Source of the DNA: Verrucomicrobiota bacterium
Lineage (GTDB): Bacteria; Verrucomicrobiota; Verrucomicrobiia; Opitutales; Cerasicoccaceae
DNA: 64,000 bases
Direction: 5' to 3'
Assembly: GCA_039818205.1 (NCBI GenBank)
Contig: JBCBUK010000005.1
Span: 160,001 to 224,000 of the forward strand
Shown here one piece after another: positions 41,347-52,539 of the stretch (position 1 is its first letter; every line of letters starts with the position of its first letter). Position numbers and translations under genes: made by a program. The notes beneath the pieces are model-generated. The model worked only from the letters and a program-made list of their open reading frames with translations. It was not told where the DNA came from and searched no databases.

Positions 41347-41437
41347 GACCTTGAACTGATTCGGTGACATCCGCGCGGCTTCAATAAAACAAGCCATTCT
41401 CAATCGCTTTAGGCCGGGCAACAGTTCGTTGCCCGGT

Positions 41438-43834
41438 TTAGGGTCGGGAGACTCGATAAAATACCTGTCCGGCTGTCATATCGTTAGCTGGGGTCGTGTA
41501 GGTATGGATGTCGGCAGTCAAAGTTATCTGCTCAACATCGACCCACTGAACCAAGTTCGTCGACCGCTCGAGCTGCACGATCTGCCCTTCATAGCCATAG
41601 ATGGTTATATGAAAGCTGCCGTCGCCCAGTGGATTGGACTCAAACTCAACTTCGACGGGTGGCTGATCGATCCACGCGAGTAGCAGGTCCGTGAGCGCCT
41701 GGGGAGCGTTCTGCGGCTTCGTTCCGCCAACGTGATCGACCTTGTTTAGCCCGTGGCATGAGGTGCAACTCCGCACCTCGCCCGGTTGAAAACTCAGCCA
41801 ATAGCGTTCACGCACCACGGGCGTGCCCGCGCCATCGGTTAGCTGCCAACTGAGCGCGCGTCGAGCCGGAACAATCGCGACGGCTGAACCATCGGAGCCC
41901 ACCGTCACTGATCCCGGAGGCGCTGCCGGATCCAGTGCATTGAGCAATGATCCCGCGCGCATCGGACGTGCGAGCACACGTCTACCAGAGCGCGGGGTAT
42001 CGTTGGCACTATGAAGTCCGATACCCCGCACCTGGTCCCCCTGAAAAAACTGTAGATACTTCACGTCATAAACTTTATCACTGCCCGCGCCCGGTGGAAT
42101 GTTAGGATCTCCTTCGATCCGTAGCCAATAAGGCTGTTGCTCGTCTGCGTCATCGCGCGAAGTCACGTCACGCATGACAACCAAAGCGAGATTCTGGCTT
42201 CGCAGGTACGACTTTAGATTTGCCAAACTTTCACCCTCATCAGTGATCAACTGAGTCTCCTGCGCTGGCAGCTGAATCGGCGTGCGTGTCGGTATCGTCC
42301 GACTGCGGACCTCAACCGGCTGAAGCTCCCACAGGTCCCCATTGTAGCTGTGCAAGTTATCGGGGCTCCACCAGGTCAGGTTTTCGGAGATACCACTGGT
42401 CAAGTTAGTCGACGGCACATAATCTCCGCTAACATTTTGCGTGAGCACCTTGATTCGGAAATCGTAGCGAGAGACCAACTGCCCGCCGGTTCCAATGTTT
42501 GCGTCGGCCCGCGTCTCGCTCGTGTGCGCGGCAATTAGCAAACCATCACTCGTGGGCAGCGGGTCACGATACAAGCCACTATGGTCCGCACTTGGGTTAT
42601 TGGAAACGTCTTGAGTGTCGGGGTGCGTGAGATACTCCACGAGCATATCATCGGGGTTATCGCTGGGCGCGCCCTCCAGGGAAACAATCATCCCGGCCGC
42701 ATGCGTTTGGAACTCAGGCGCATCGACACCGATGTACAATCCTAGGTCGGTTGGATCCTCCTTGATCTGAAACATATTCTCGATCGAGTTCGGATTCGTC
42801 CGCCCGGCCGGGGCGATGAACTCTTCCAAGGCTGGGTCATCATTGAAAGCGCGGTTAAAGTAATTGTGAAGCTCTTGACGACCGATGTGGTTCAGCGTTT
42901 CCAATTCAGTACCATCTTCCTCAATCATCCATGGGAAAAAGTGATTGAAGCGGTGGCCATTCATGTTGGTCCCGGCGAGGAGATCGGTCCGCACTCCGCG
43001 CGGCTCGGGAAAATACTCGACCCGAGTATCAAACAACATCTCCGCATCCGCGCTCTCACTGCTGTAATCGAAGGTTCCGTAGACCCCACCTGGAGTACCA
43101 CTCAGAGCATCGCCGTCCGCCTGCTGGTCTCGCTGGAGATGATCCCAACGAGTAAAAATCACCCGGCCATAGCTATCGATCGACGGCGAGAACGAGCCCG
43201 ATGGCGAATGCTCCATCAGGAACAAATCGCCATCCGTAGGATCCAGGCTCCACAGCCCGGTTACCGTAGGCGCTTCCTCGTATTCATCCAGTTGTGGATA
43301 GAGATGCATCGAGCCATCGCGGGGACGATCCGAGGTGAAAATGATCCGGCCATCCGTACCGTAGATTGGCGAGATGTTATTAAAGTCGGCCGGCTGGTTC
43401 GCGACTTTGGTAATCACCGGCGTATCCAACAGCCCAAGACCCGTGACTTCATACATTTGCCACCGGTAATCAATCACCTCATAGCGACGGCTTGGCGCTC
43501 CAACGACCATACTGAAGATGACCGTTTGCCCATCCCAGCTGACACTTGGATCGCGCACAGCAATGGCGTTTGACCCCTGCTGTTGGTTGCTTTCCCCATA
43601 ACCTGCCGCCGCGGTTAGGTTTTTCAACGTGCCATCCGGATAGCGGATCCACAGGTCCCCGCCACGCGGAGCGGCGCCTAATGTCGCTTGATGATTTCCA
43701 AAAGTCGAACCGATCGTGATAAAATCGGCCGGCTGCGGGGTCTGCGTGACAAATACAATCGGGTTTGTCTGGGCAGGCAGGTTTGCCGCAGCAACAAAGC
43801 TCAGCAAAAGGATCAGGTGAGAAGAACGTTTCAT
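41438..43834 (-). CDS. Secreted HzsA-related (hydrazine synthase alpha subunit-like) beta-propeller protein with C-terminal heme c motif
   Basis: DPSVSWDGQTVIFSM, DGRIIFTSDRP, GRVIFTRWDHLQRD, WLSFQPGEVRSCTSCHG; start at ATG 43834. Confidence 0.75.
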   Translation of the reverse strand: MKRSSHLILLLSFVAAANLPAQTNPIVFVTQTPQPADFITIGSTFGNHQATLGAAPRGGDLWIRYPDGTLKNLTAAAGYGESNQQQGSNAIAVRDPSVSWDGQTVIFSMVVGAPSRRYEVIDYRWQMYEVTGLGLLDTPVITKVANQPADFNNISPIYGTDGRIIFTSDRPRDGSMHLYPQLDEYEEAPTVTGLWSLDPTDGDLFLMEHSPSGSFSPSIDSYGRVIFTRWDHLQRDQQADGDALSGTPGGVYGTFDYSSESADAEMLFDTRVEYFPEPRGVRTDLLAGTNMNGHRFNHFFPWMIEEDGTELETLNHIGRQELHNYFNRAFNDDPALEEFIAPAGRTNPNSIENMFQIKEDPTDLGLYIGVDAPEFQTHAAGMIVSLEGAPSDNPDDMLVEYLTHPDTQDVSNNPSADHSGLYRDPLPTSDGLLIAAHTSETRADANIGTGGQLVSRYDFRIKVLTQNVSGDYVPSTNLTSGISENLTWWSPDNLHSYNGDLWELQPVEVRSRTIPTRTPIQLPAQETQLITDEGESLANLKSYLRSQNLALVVMRDVTSRDDADEQQPYWLRIEGDPNIPPGAGSDKVYDVKYLQFFQGDQVRGIGLHSANDTPRSGRRVLARPMRAGSLLNALDPAAPPGSVTVGSDGSAVAIVPARRALSWQLTDGAGTPVVRERYWLSFQPGEVRSCTSCHGLNKVDHVGGTKPQNAPQALTDLLLAWIDQPPVEVEFESNPLGDGSFHITIYGYEGQIVQLERSTNLVQWVDVEQITLTADIHTYTTPANDMTAGQVFYRVSRP

Positions 43835-44090
43835 GAGAAACTTTAGTGGATTTCCAACAGCAGAAAGCAGTCTATATACCCCACTCAACCAGGACCCAAC
43901 AAGCCTAAGTCATTTTAAGCATATCATCTATAAAACTATTACAAAGCCTTCGTAATCACCTTACACATTTTTCACAAATCGATAGCCACAACCGCCCAGA
44001 GACACCTCAACAAACAACAATGCCCCAATCCTAAGCTCGGAGGACCTGGATCAGGGCATTGCGAGAAAGTTTGGCGCAAGCGCCGCTAGA

Positions 44091-47000
44091 CTACTGCTTT
44101 GTAACGAGCACCGCCCAGTCCTCTCCGGCATCGCTCGGCGGGGTACCAAGGTCAACCTTGGAGCCCGGGGAGACGGTCTTAACCGAACCCGTCTGGAGGT
44201 CACCACCTTTGCGAGGGTTATACCACTGCACCGTCATCTCACCCGGCGCAGAGGAGAGGTCCACCTCGGCTTTGCCCTGTTTCAAGAAAAACACATAGAC
44301 TTCACCTGGCTTCGCAAAGCCGTAGTCACCCTTGGTGTGAATTAGCTCGTCATGGCTATGCATCTCCCAAAACGGAATTCCGAAGTTGTTGAAAAAGTCC
44401 AAAGCGATACGTCCTTGATCCCAAAACAGATCGCGCGATGCATAATCCTGACAGGTCAAGTCGCTGTGCGCTTCCTTGTATCCGAAGTACCATTCGGTGC
44501 CCCAGGCACCCGCCATCATTGCACCCCAGAGGCCGTTCTTACGCGCGTCATTGTGCTCAGGATCCACGTCATCGGGCACTAGGGAATGCGAGGCATCCCC
44601 AGGTTCGTCACAGGCGACTGCCCATTGCTTACCGGCTTTCTTGGACTCATTGATCCACTTCAGGACAGCATCATGAACGTACCCAAAGTCAGTGCGATGA
44701 GTCTGGACTGAAACGCCCGTGTAGGGGCTGTTTGGTCCAAGTAGATCGTAGAACTGATTACCATTGTGGATAACGATATGGCGACCATAGGGGTCGTGAT
44801 CGGCAAAGTAGCCGGCCATCGCGAGCCGTTGGCGGGTAAACTGAGGTGGCGTGCGGTTGTTCTTCACCCAATCACCGTTCTCCTCACACATATTCCAGTT
44901 GAGCGCCAGGTGATGGCCAAAACGCGCAATGATTTCGCGATAGTATAAAGTCTGCAATGCCCCGACTCCACCGTTGTCGAGCAAGCCCTGGTTCTCAACC
45001 TCCATCAACTTGAAGTGCATGAACATTCCGATCTTATCGGCGTGAGAAAACAACACTTCCCATTGATCAAGCTTGGAACAATCGAACCGATCGTAGGTAT
45101 CGTAGTCGATGTAGGGGAAAACGTTTTTGTCGTCACCCTTGATGTTGTTGGTGATGAACGAAAACACGTTACAGCCCTTCGAGGCCAAGTAATTGATGGC
45201 ACCAATGATGTCCTTGCCCTTGCCATTCTTCCAAGTCGGGTCACCAGCCTGCCAGTGCTTCTCGTGAGCCTCCCAGGTCTTAACGAGATGGTCGGCATGA
45301 CCGTCGCTGTGGAACGTTCCATCGAACTCTTCGTAGGCCAACATGTTCTCTGGCGCATCAGGCCCAACCTTGAGGAAATACTCTCCATTACCCGCGAATT
45401 TCAAGTAACGCTCTCCAACGTATTGGAGCATACCCTTGCCACGAAAATCGCGCCCGGTCTTATCCGTGTCAGCAATCCGGAATGCCCCCGCATTGCCATC
45501 CATGAAGCCAGCACTCACACCCGTCTTTTGTTTTTCACTAACGGCGGCAAAGTTACCTTTACGGAAGTTGGCGAGATAAACCCAATCGCCAACTTCGTCA
45601 GGGGCGAAATGAACCCGCCACTTGTTACCCTTGGTGGCGGAGGTATTTCCCGCATCGCCATCGGCTGCAAAATATCCGGGAACGACATATTTCTTACCCG
45701 ATGCCGGGTGAGTAAACGTCACGTCGAATTTGTAATTCATGAACGGATTGAACTCCGCCGTCTCTGAGGTCTCGGGTCCGTCAAAAGTGAGCGTCACCTT
45801 ATGCCAGCGCTTGAGCTCACCCGAGATCTCTGGGCCACTCCGCTCCGGGCGCGGTAGCTCGGGCACTGTCCCTTCGATCGACGCATTCTTATCAATCGCT
45901 TCCAAAACCAGATCGCTACCCTTGCCAGCTGGGACGACGGCGATACCCGCCCATCGACCCTTACCTTGCGCATTGCCATCGACATCGGCAGTCACCGTCA
46001 GCAGATCACCGTCCTGCAGCCACATATTCTTCCAAACCTTACAGAACTCAGAGGACTGCTCATCAGCGCTCTTACCCAAGGGCGTTTTGTAGGAACCAAT
46101 AACACGATCATTAATTGCGAGCGTGTATTTCGTCTGCCCTTTGTCGTCACCCACGCCGAGGAAAATGATGTCCCAGTGATTATGATGGGGCTTATAGAGG
46201 GCCTTAAAAACGGCCACCGCGGAGGCCTGCTTCGCACTCTTAGGGTCAAGAACCAGGTAGTTGTTCTCAACTTCGAAGCCCTTGCCCAGTGGTGAAAAAT
46301 TGAGAGCACCAGTCAAACGAACGCCCGAAACGTCGTGCTTGATCGCGTTGATCATACTCTTCTTCGTTGCAAGATCTGTGGTGACCTCGGGAAACGGCTC
46401 CGGCAGCGTGCCACTCTTTACGCGCACCGCCTGGTCGACACCTTCAGGACGATATTCTTTTTCCGTAGTCAGGATAAATTTATCAAACTCGAAGCCGTCC
46501 TCACGCATACTGAAGGCGATCTCATGCGTCCCCGGCTCTTCGATATCCAAGAAAATTTTGTACGGTTCGCCACAGTGATTCTTGCTCGTGCGCTGCTTGC
46601 TGCCCCAGAACCACGATTTCTTACCCTCGCACCATTGCATACGCTGGCCGGATGCCGGCCACTCGCCGTCCAAGCCTACATGTAGCCCGTTATCCTCACT
46701 GCCGGTGCTGTAAGCCCGCACCCAAACGTAGTACCGGCCCGGGTTATTAAAATGAACCTTGTAGTGCAAGAGCGCCATCTTACCTGGCTGAGGGGAAAAG
46801 TTTTCGCCCTCGATCAATCGATCCCCATGGGTCACGCGGGTATCTGGAAGGATCTCAATATAGGCGTTATTGCTCGCACCTTTGCAGTGCGGCTCATCGT
46901 GGTCGAGTCCGGCTTTCGGCCAGGAGTCTTTGTTAAAACGATACCACTGACGGATATCGTCCTTGGATTGCTTGTAGAAAAACTCGGCTTCAACAGCCGC

Positions 47001-47120
47001 AAATCCATCCACTTCTTCGAAAACGACGTCTTCGGAAACGATAGACTCAGTTTGCGCAAACAACTGAGAGACAATGAATGCCGTAAGAAACGAAACTAAC
47101 AACGAGGTCTTTTTAAACAT
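44091..47120 (-). CDS. Secreted DUF5060-domain putative glycoside hydrolase with C-terminal collagen-binding-like domain
   Basis: WHKVTLTFDGP, PGYFAADG, WRVHFAPD, WNMCEEN, CDEPG, GTEWYFG, VQWYNPRKGG; start at ATG 47120. Confidence 0.75.
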   Translation of the reverse strand: MFKKTSLLVSFLTAFIVSQLFAQTESIVSEDVVFEEVDGFAAVEAEFFYKQSKDDIRQWYRFNKDSWPKAGLDHDEPHCKGASNNAYIEILPDTRVTHGDRLIEGENFSPQPGKMALLHYKVHFNNPGRYYVWVRAYSTGSEDNGLHVGLDGEWPASGQRMQWCEGKKSWFWGSKQRTSKNHCGEPYKIFLDIEEPGTHEIAFSMREDGFEFDKFILTTEKEYRPEGVDQAVRVKSGTLPEPFPEVTTDLATKKSMINAIKHDVSGVRLTGALNFSPLGKGFEVENNYLVLDPKSAKQASAVAVFKALYKPHHNHWDIIFLGVGDDKGQTKYTLAINDRVIGSYKTPLGKSADEQSSEFCKVWKNMWLQDGDLLTVTADVDGNAQGKGRWAGIAVVPAGKGSDLVLEAIDKNASIEGTVPELPRPERSGPEISGELKRWHKVTLTFDGPETSETAEFNPFMNYKFDVTFTHPASGKKYVVPGYFAADGDAGNTSATKGNKWRVHFAPDEVGDWVYLANFRKGNFAAVSEKQKTGVSAGFMDGNAGAFRIADTDKTGRDFRGKGMLQYVGERYLKFAGNGEYFLKVGPDAPENMLAYEEFDGTFHSDGHADHLVKTWEAHEKHWQAGDPTWKNGKGKDIIGAINYLASKGCNVFSFITNNIKGDDKNVFPYIDYDTYDRFDCSKLDQWEVLFSHADKIGMFMHFKLMEVENQGLLDNGGVGALQTLYYREIIARFGHHLALNWNMCEENGDWVKNNRTPPQFTRQRLAMAGYFADHDPYGRHIVIHNGNQFYDLLGPNSPYTGVSVQTHRTDFGYVHDAVLKWINESKKAGKQWAVACDEPGDASHSLVPDDVDPEHNDARKNGLWGAMMAGAWGTEWYFGYKEAHSDLTCQDYASRDLFWDQGRIALDFFNNFGIPFWEMHSHDELIHTKGDYGFAKPGEVYVFFLKQGKAEVDLSSAPGEMTVQWYNPRKGGDLQTGSVKTVSPGSKVDLGTPPSDAGEDWAVLVTKQ

Positions 47121-47613
47121 GCTTAAGTAGGGTGAGCGTTTCAGGTGATTTGAGGGACTCAATACTATCACCAAAACCGCGCCAATGCACCATCTACGGC
47201 AGGTAACGCGGCACCTGCAAAGATTGAAAATTAGGGCTTAAGACCCAATAAAATTAGCCCACCTTTAGCCCCTGTTCTCGAAGGGCCCAAACACTCATTT
47301 GATTGGTCGCGAACGCAAAATATTCATATTGCGACAGCACTTACCATTCTCCGATCACACATGTCGCATTTAAACTAGAAAAGACTAGAGCCATTGAAGC
47401 TGAAAAAATCAAACTCATATAAATCGTTCCACATTAAGATTTAAACAAAACCGCAAATAGCGAAATCGCTCACTTATCAAGATCCGAAGAGCCTAAATTG
47501 GTCCTTGGTCGGGTTGAAATACGTACGTCGCAAATTGGTAACTCTAAGTATCTGAAGTGAGATGGAATTATCGGGCCTGATTCGATACCATCGTGTGCTA
47601 GAAACACCCGAAG

Positions 47614-49956
47614 ATGCATCGAATTAGACAAATACCTATCCCCGCGGCGACAGCGTTGGCTACCGTTCTTTTCCTCGCAACCCCAGCGGGCGGTATCGCC
47701 GCGACCATCGACCAGTATATCGATGCAAATGACTCCAACACCCAAGCCGTCGGCGGATCGCCTTCCCCGTTTTGGTCAAACTCGCTCACGGGCGGCAATC
47801 TATGGCGGCAGAGAACCGGTTTCGGATTCGATGCCAACGGGAACGCAGAGATTTTTGAGAAAGATGCCTTTAGTGGAGTTGGAGACGCCACACCGCTGCA
47901 AACAACCGTAAGCGGATTGGTCCCTGGCCAAGAGTACGGTGTCTATGCATGTTTCATTTCAGTCCCCAATGAAAGCTGGCGCGTCCGCGCCGGTCTCAAC
48001 CCCAATGGCTTGATCGAATTTACTCCGACCTCGGACCCAAATCGAGTCGCCGACCTGGGCCTCACATCAGTAACTGGATCAAACCGGAATCAATACCTTG
48101 GCTTTATTGCCAATGCCACCGCCGAAGCAGACGGAACCCTGGTGGTCTACATCGATGATGGCGACGGAACTGGCACCTCCACTCGGACTTGGTATGAAGG
48201 CGTTGCCGTCGGCGATCCCGTTCAACTACCTGGTCCACCATCGCTTCCGGCTGGAGCCGTAGAAATTGCTCCCGACGGCGTCTGGACCTGGTTCAACGAT
48301 GAACGGACCATCTGGCACGAAGGCTTCCTCTATGCTGGATACGTCCGTGCTGACGGCCATGTCGGCCTAAGCCGCTACGATCCGCAGACTGGCGTTACGA
48401 GTCACGTTCAGCTGAGCAACTCGCGGGCACGACAGGTAGACGACCACAACAACTGCTCCATCACCGTTCTACCCGACAATCGACTCTTGGTCGTTTACGC
48501 AAAGCACAACAGCAGCTGGGAGTTCTACTCAAGGACGTCAAAGGTAACCTCCCCCAGTACCCTATCCGATTGGAACGAGCAAAAAGTTAAATCGCTTACC
48601 GCGAGCAACACCTACGCAAACACCTATCGATTGTCGGCTGAATCAGACAAGATCTACAACTTTCATCGCTCAATTAATTTCAACCCGACGATCACGGTAT
48701 CTACCGACAATGGTGAAAGCTGGGGAACTCCAACCCACTTCATCGATACCGGGAACAACGGCAGCGTCCGCCCCTATCCTCGATACTGCAGCAACGGAGA
48801 CGATCGTATCGACCTGATCTATTCCGATGGCCACCCGCGTCGGGTAAACAACTCGATCTACCACCTATACTACAAGAATGGTAGCTTCCGGCAAACCGAT
48901 GGCACCCTGATCAAGTCTTACGCGAACCTACCAATCGATCACGATGCCGGCGAGCGGGGTTCAGTGGTCTATCCTTTCACAACCGCCTCCTGGGGGCCCA
49001 ATGATGGGCCCGATGACTGGATCCCAAGTGGACGCGCTTGGACTTGGGACATCCACTACGGGAACGATGGCAATCCCATCTGCGCTTTCCAAGTTCAGAG
49101 CAACAACGTTACCGGCAACAGCTGGAAGGATGACCGTATCTACTATTACTACGCGCGATGGACGGGCACTGAATGGCAACGACGCTTTATCGCACAAGCA
49201 GGTCGCCCCATTTATAGTGCGGAACGCGACTACGGCGGCGGGATGACTATTGACCCTGAAGATCCCCGAATTGTCTACATCTCTTCCAATGCCCTCGACC
49301 CATTCGATCTATCGACCACGACCAACGTTCCGCTCAATGCAAATGAGCGGTATGAAATCTATCGAGGATTCACCGCCGACGGCGGACTAACTTTCGAGTG
49401 GACGTCCATCACTGAGAACTCAGCGAAAGACAATTTGCGTCCAGTCGTCCCCCAGAACCATGGACGCACGAAAAACATCGTTTGGTTCTACGGAGACTAC
49501 ACCACCTATATCAACTACGACACCCAGATCATCTCTCTGATCGAGGAGCCTGCCGAAGAGCTTTCCCAATGGCAGGAGAACAATGGCATCGCCGATCAGC
49601 TCCTCACGGCCGATACCGATTTCGACGGCCTGTCAAATCTAGTCGAATACGCCTTGGGAGGTAATCCGATAGACCCAAGCGACAACCCGACACCATTCAT
49701 CTCTAGCGATTCCTTTAGCTTTCGCCACTACGCCAATCGCACCGATATCGAGTACGTCGTTCAAGTATCCAATGACCTTGATCAGAACTCCTGGAGCGAT
49801 GCCGTTATCATCCGCGCAGGCGACCTTCCAGATCTTGTAACCAACGGTTTCACACTTCGATCTGATGGTGGTAATCCCGAAACCCTTTCAGTCGATTTCA
49901 GCTTACCGACGAACGGCTCGCCGCTGTTCTTACTCCTGAAAGTTATCACACTCTAA
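47614..49956 (+). CDS. Secreted BNR-4 repeat protein with unnamed N-terminal domain and C-terminal Verrucomicrobia-type module
   Basis: [23 protein letters not shown] Asp-box, [32 protein letters not shown]. Confidence 0.82.
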   Translation: MHRIRQIPIPAATALATVLFLATPAGGIAATIDQYIDANDSNTQAVGGSPSPFWSNSLTGGNLWRQRTGFGFDANGNAEIFEKDAFSGVGDATPLQTTVSGLVPGQEYGVYACFISVPNESWRVRAGLNPNGLIEFTPTSDPNRVADLGLTSVTGSNRNQYLGFIANATAEADGTLVVYIDDGDGTGTSTRTWYEGVAVGDPVQLPGPPSLPAGAVEIAPDGVWTWFNDERTIWHEGFLYAGYVRADGHVGLSRYDPQTGVTSHVQLSNSRARQVDDHNNCSITVLPDNRLLVVYAKHNSSWEFYSRTSKVTSPSTLSDWNEQKVKSLTASNTYANTYRLSAESDKIYNFHRSINFNPTITVSTDNGESWGTPTHFIDTGNNGSVRPYPRYCSNGDDRIDLIYSDGHPRRVNNSIYHLYYKNGSFRQTDGTLIKSYANLPIDHDAGERGSVVYPFTTASWGPNDGPDDWIPSGRAWTWDIHYGNDGNPICAFQVQSNNVTGNSWKDDRIYYYYARWTGTEWQRRFIAQAGRPIYSAERDYGGGMTIDPEDPRIVYISSNALDPFDLSTTTNVPLNANERYEIYRGFTADGGLTFEWTSITENSAKDNLRPVVPQNHGRTKNIVWFYGDYTTYINYDTQIISLIEEPAEELSQWQENNGIADQLLTADTDFDGLSNLVEYALGGNPIDPSDNPTPFISSDSFSFRHYANRTDIEYVVQVSNDLDQNSWSDAVIIRAGDLPDLVTNGFTLRSDGGNPETLSVDFSLPTNGSPLFLLLKVITL

Positions 49957-50009
49957 TTCCCCAATAACGCGCACGGCCTACTAACCTCAAATAGTCACCA
50001 CACAGAAAA

Positions 50010-50723
50010 ATGAACAAAGCTCATCTAACATGCCTAGTTGCACTCGCGCCAATTGCAGCAATTCAGGCTCAAACGGTAACTTACGTCGATGCGATCGCGG
50101 ACCCGCTGGTCGGGACCACGAACACCGTCGCAACCTCCGGCGATCCGCTGGCCACCTGGTATTTCGATGCGGGCGGCACAAACCCAACTGACAGCCTTTG
50201 GAACCGCCGCACGGGCTTCGCTAACTCAAGTGATGTTCTCCAAGCTAAGACCAACGACCCAACGCCTGGATCCTTCCAAGAACTGACCACAACCATCACG
50301 GGCCTAACTCCGGGGGTGCAATACCAGGTATATACATTTTTCTGGGACGCTGGTAACACCCAGCAGTGGACGCTTGATACGGGACTGACCTCCGGCAATT
50401 TGACCCTCTTTGCCAACGGCTCAGACGGAGTATCCGGCGCAACTGCAGCCCTCGACGCGAGCTCGTTGACCTTTAGCAGCCCGCCGCTGATTACTGAAGC
50501 TGACCGCACCATGTTTGCCGCAGATCTCGGAATTGTCGCTGCCGACGGCTCAGGTGAAATCAATATCTTCGTCAACAACTCCACGTCCGTGAGCAATAAC
50601 TCAATGCGCTCGTGGTATGATGGCGTCGGCTATGCAGCAATTCCAGAGCCTAGCACCTATGCGTTGGTCGGTGGTTTCCTAGCCCTCGGCATCGCAATCA
50701 TGGCCCGCCGCCGCAAAGCCTAA
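50010..50723 (+). CDS. PEP-CTERM sorting domain protein
   Basis: Signal peptide; IPEPSTYALVGGFLALGIAIMARRRKA. Confidence 0.93.
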   Translation: MNKAHLTCLVALAPIAAIQAQTVTYVDAIADPLVGTTNTVATSGDPLATWYFDAGGTNPTDSLWNRRTGFANSSDVLQAKTNDPTPGSFQELTTTITGLTPGVQYQVYTFFWDAGNTQQWTLDTGLTSGNLTLFANGSDGVSGATAALDASSLTFSSPPLITEADRTMFAADLGIVAADGSGEINIFVNNSTSVSNNSMRSWYDGVGYAAIPEPSTYALVGGFLALGIAIMARRRKA

Positions 50724-50744
50724 TTCATCTAGCAATTTGCAACC

Positions 50745-50774
50745 AAAGCCACCGCCGACATGCGGTGGCTTTTT
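50745..50774 (+). terminator. Rho-independent (possibly bidirectional) terminator
   Basis: AAAGCCACCGC-CGACAT-GCGGTGGCTTT then TT. Confidence 0.85.
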
Positions 50775-50819
50775 GTTGCACGTTATCGGCGCATGGAACG
50801 ATACCCGCGCCACGGCGAT

Positions 50820-52247
50820 CTACACGTTGTAGAACTCTTCCCAACCTTTGCGTGGCGCTGGGTCCATCAGCGCATTTGCTTCATCGCTATTGGTAAACCG
50901 TTTGGTCTCGCGGTCGAAATGGAGTTCGCCACCTAAACGTTGAGAGATCATGCCGATGTTGAGAACCTGAGAAAGCGGACCCGCAACGCTAAAGGGCGAA
51001 CGCGTTTCTTCTTCACCCTTACACGCCAGCAGAAAGTTCTTCCAGTGGTCGGAGTTTTTCTGGGGAAACCGAGGCAAGGACCGGCGCATATCCATGTATT
51101 TCTCGCGCGGAACAATACGCAGCGGATCGCTGTGCGAGACCGCGCGGAAGACCAGGTCATCACCATACATAATTCGACCAACGTAGTGACTACGCGGCGG
51201 CCGGTTATCCTTATCAAATTGCTCCTCTGCCCCAGGTTGCTCCGTCTTTAAGTCGAGGTATTCGGGAGCAATCTCGGGTCGGTTTCCCGGTCCATCGTAC
51301 CAGGTCAACTCGCAGGGCGGCATGTCCTCCCGAGCCGGGAAATTGAATCGAATGGTTGAACCGCTTGGATAGATCAACGGATGACGATCCACCAACTTCA
51401 AGGCGGTAACCTTCTCCGGAAACCCAAGCTTCAAAAACTGATGAGGCGTATCAATTACGTGGGCCGCCCAATCGCCAAGCCTGCCGCATCCAAATTCGTA
51501 CCAACCGCGCCATGCCGACGGATGCAACAAATTGCTAAACGGGCGCTCCGGCGAAACCGAGCACCAAGTTTCCCAATTTATACCAGCAGGCATCGGATCG
51601 ACGGGATAGTCCTTCACACTTTTCGCCCAATTATTCCAGCGAGACCCCTGCGTCATGTAGGCATCAATCTTGGTGATATTCTTGATCACGCCAGCTTCGG
51701 TCCATTCTTTGAATTGGAAGTAATTGGCACCTGAGTGGCCTTGATTGCCCATTTGGGTGACCACACCGCTGCGGTTTGCCAGATCCATTAGGCGTTCACA
51801 CTGACCGAATGTGTGAGCCAGGGGTTTCTCACACCACACATGCTTACCGTGAGCCATGGCCGCCATCGTTGCCGGAAAATGGGAGTGGTCCGGCGTCGAA
51901 ACGACAACGGCATCAATCTCGCCTGACATTTCGTCGAACATTTTCCGAAAATCGGTAAACTGCTTAGCCTCAGGATGCTCATTGGCCGATTCGACCGCGC
52001 CAGCCTGGTTTAGGTCCACATCGCACAATGCGACCGGATTACAGATACCGCTCGCCAAGAACGCTTTACGATTTCTATAACCCTTATTGGCACTACCAAT
52101 GAAGGCGACATTGACTCGTTCGCTCGGCGCTGGAATACCGCTACTAGACTGGTTCCCTAACGCGATATAGGATGGCAAAATCGTTGCCGCACCGACAGTC
52201 GCCGAAGTTTTCTTGATAAAATTACGTCGAGATAGATTTGAATTCAT
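50820..52247 (-). CDS. Tat-exported Gfo/Idh/MocA family oxidoreductase
   Basis: [36 protein letters not shown]; start at ATG 52247. Confidence 0.92.
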   Translation of the reverse strand: MNSNLSRRNFIKKTSATVGAATILPSYIALGNQSSSGIPAPSERVNVAFIGSANKGYRNRKAFLASGICNPVALCDVDLNQAGAVESANEHPEAKQFTDFRKMFDEMSGEIDAVVVSTPDHSHFPATMAAMAHGKHVWCEKPLAHTFGQCERLMDLANRSGVVTQMGNQGHSGANYFQFKEWTEAGVIKNITKIDAYMTQGSRWNNWAKSVKDYPVDPMPAGINWETWCSVSPERPFSNLLHPSAWRGWYEFGCGRLGDWAAHVIDTPHQFLKLGFPEKVTALKLVDRHPLIYPSGSTIRFNFPAREDMPPCELTWYDGPGNRPEIAPEYLDLKTEQPGAEEQFDKDNRPPRSHYVGRIMYGDDLVFRAVSHSDPLRIVPREKYMDMRRSLPRFPQKNSDHWKNFLLACKGEEETRSPFSVAGPLSQVLNIGMISQRLGGELHFDRETKRFTNSDEANALMDPAPRKGWEEFYNV

Positions 52248-52353
52248 GAGTGTTATCCGTTGAGACGTATTGGGGGACATACATTCTATCAGATCCGCCA
52301 CAACCTGGCATCTATCCATAAGATATTCCCGCCAACGCAATTCTGCCGGCATC

Positions 52354-52389
52354 AAAAAAAGGAGCCCCTGCCATGAATGACAGGGACTC
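52354..52389 (-). terminator. Strong intrinsic terminator
   Basis: Minus strand GAGUCCCUGUCA-UUCA-UGGCAGGGGCUC (12 bp with two GU pairs) followed by C and U7. Confidence 0.85.
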
Positions 52390-52452
52390 ACACCCCAATG
52401 GTTAATCTATCACCAAGTAAATGCCAGCGGTTGACGTCAAAAACGCAACCGC
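52354..52452 (-). ncRNA. Candidate ~100-nt small RNA
   Basis: TATACT -10 at 52464-52459, 5' hairpin 52452-52427, unpaired linker with UUGGGGUGU, terminator; no recognised RNA family. Confidence 0.45.
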
Positions 52453-52539
52453 CGCGACAGTATACTACCGCTAATGCCGCCAAGAAGCAAGTAGCTCACT
52501 CGCCAAAATATACCAATTTTACGCAATATTCGGTCGAGA

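Noticed and set aside
41438..43834. Anammox hydrazine synthase
   Set aside because: Only an alpha-like protein is present, with no beta/gamma genes and a heterotrophic context
44019..44060. Hairpin AATGCCC...GGGCATT downstream of the DUF5060 gene
   Set aside because: Stem is imperfect and the U-tract broken; possible terminator but too weak to call
52248..52391. Extended 5' ends given in the ORF track (also 7197, 32476, 34473, 35187, 43888, 47174, 59162, 61226, 62816)
   Set aside because: They overlap neighbouring genes or terminators, or precede clear signal peptides; downstream ATGs were chosen
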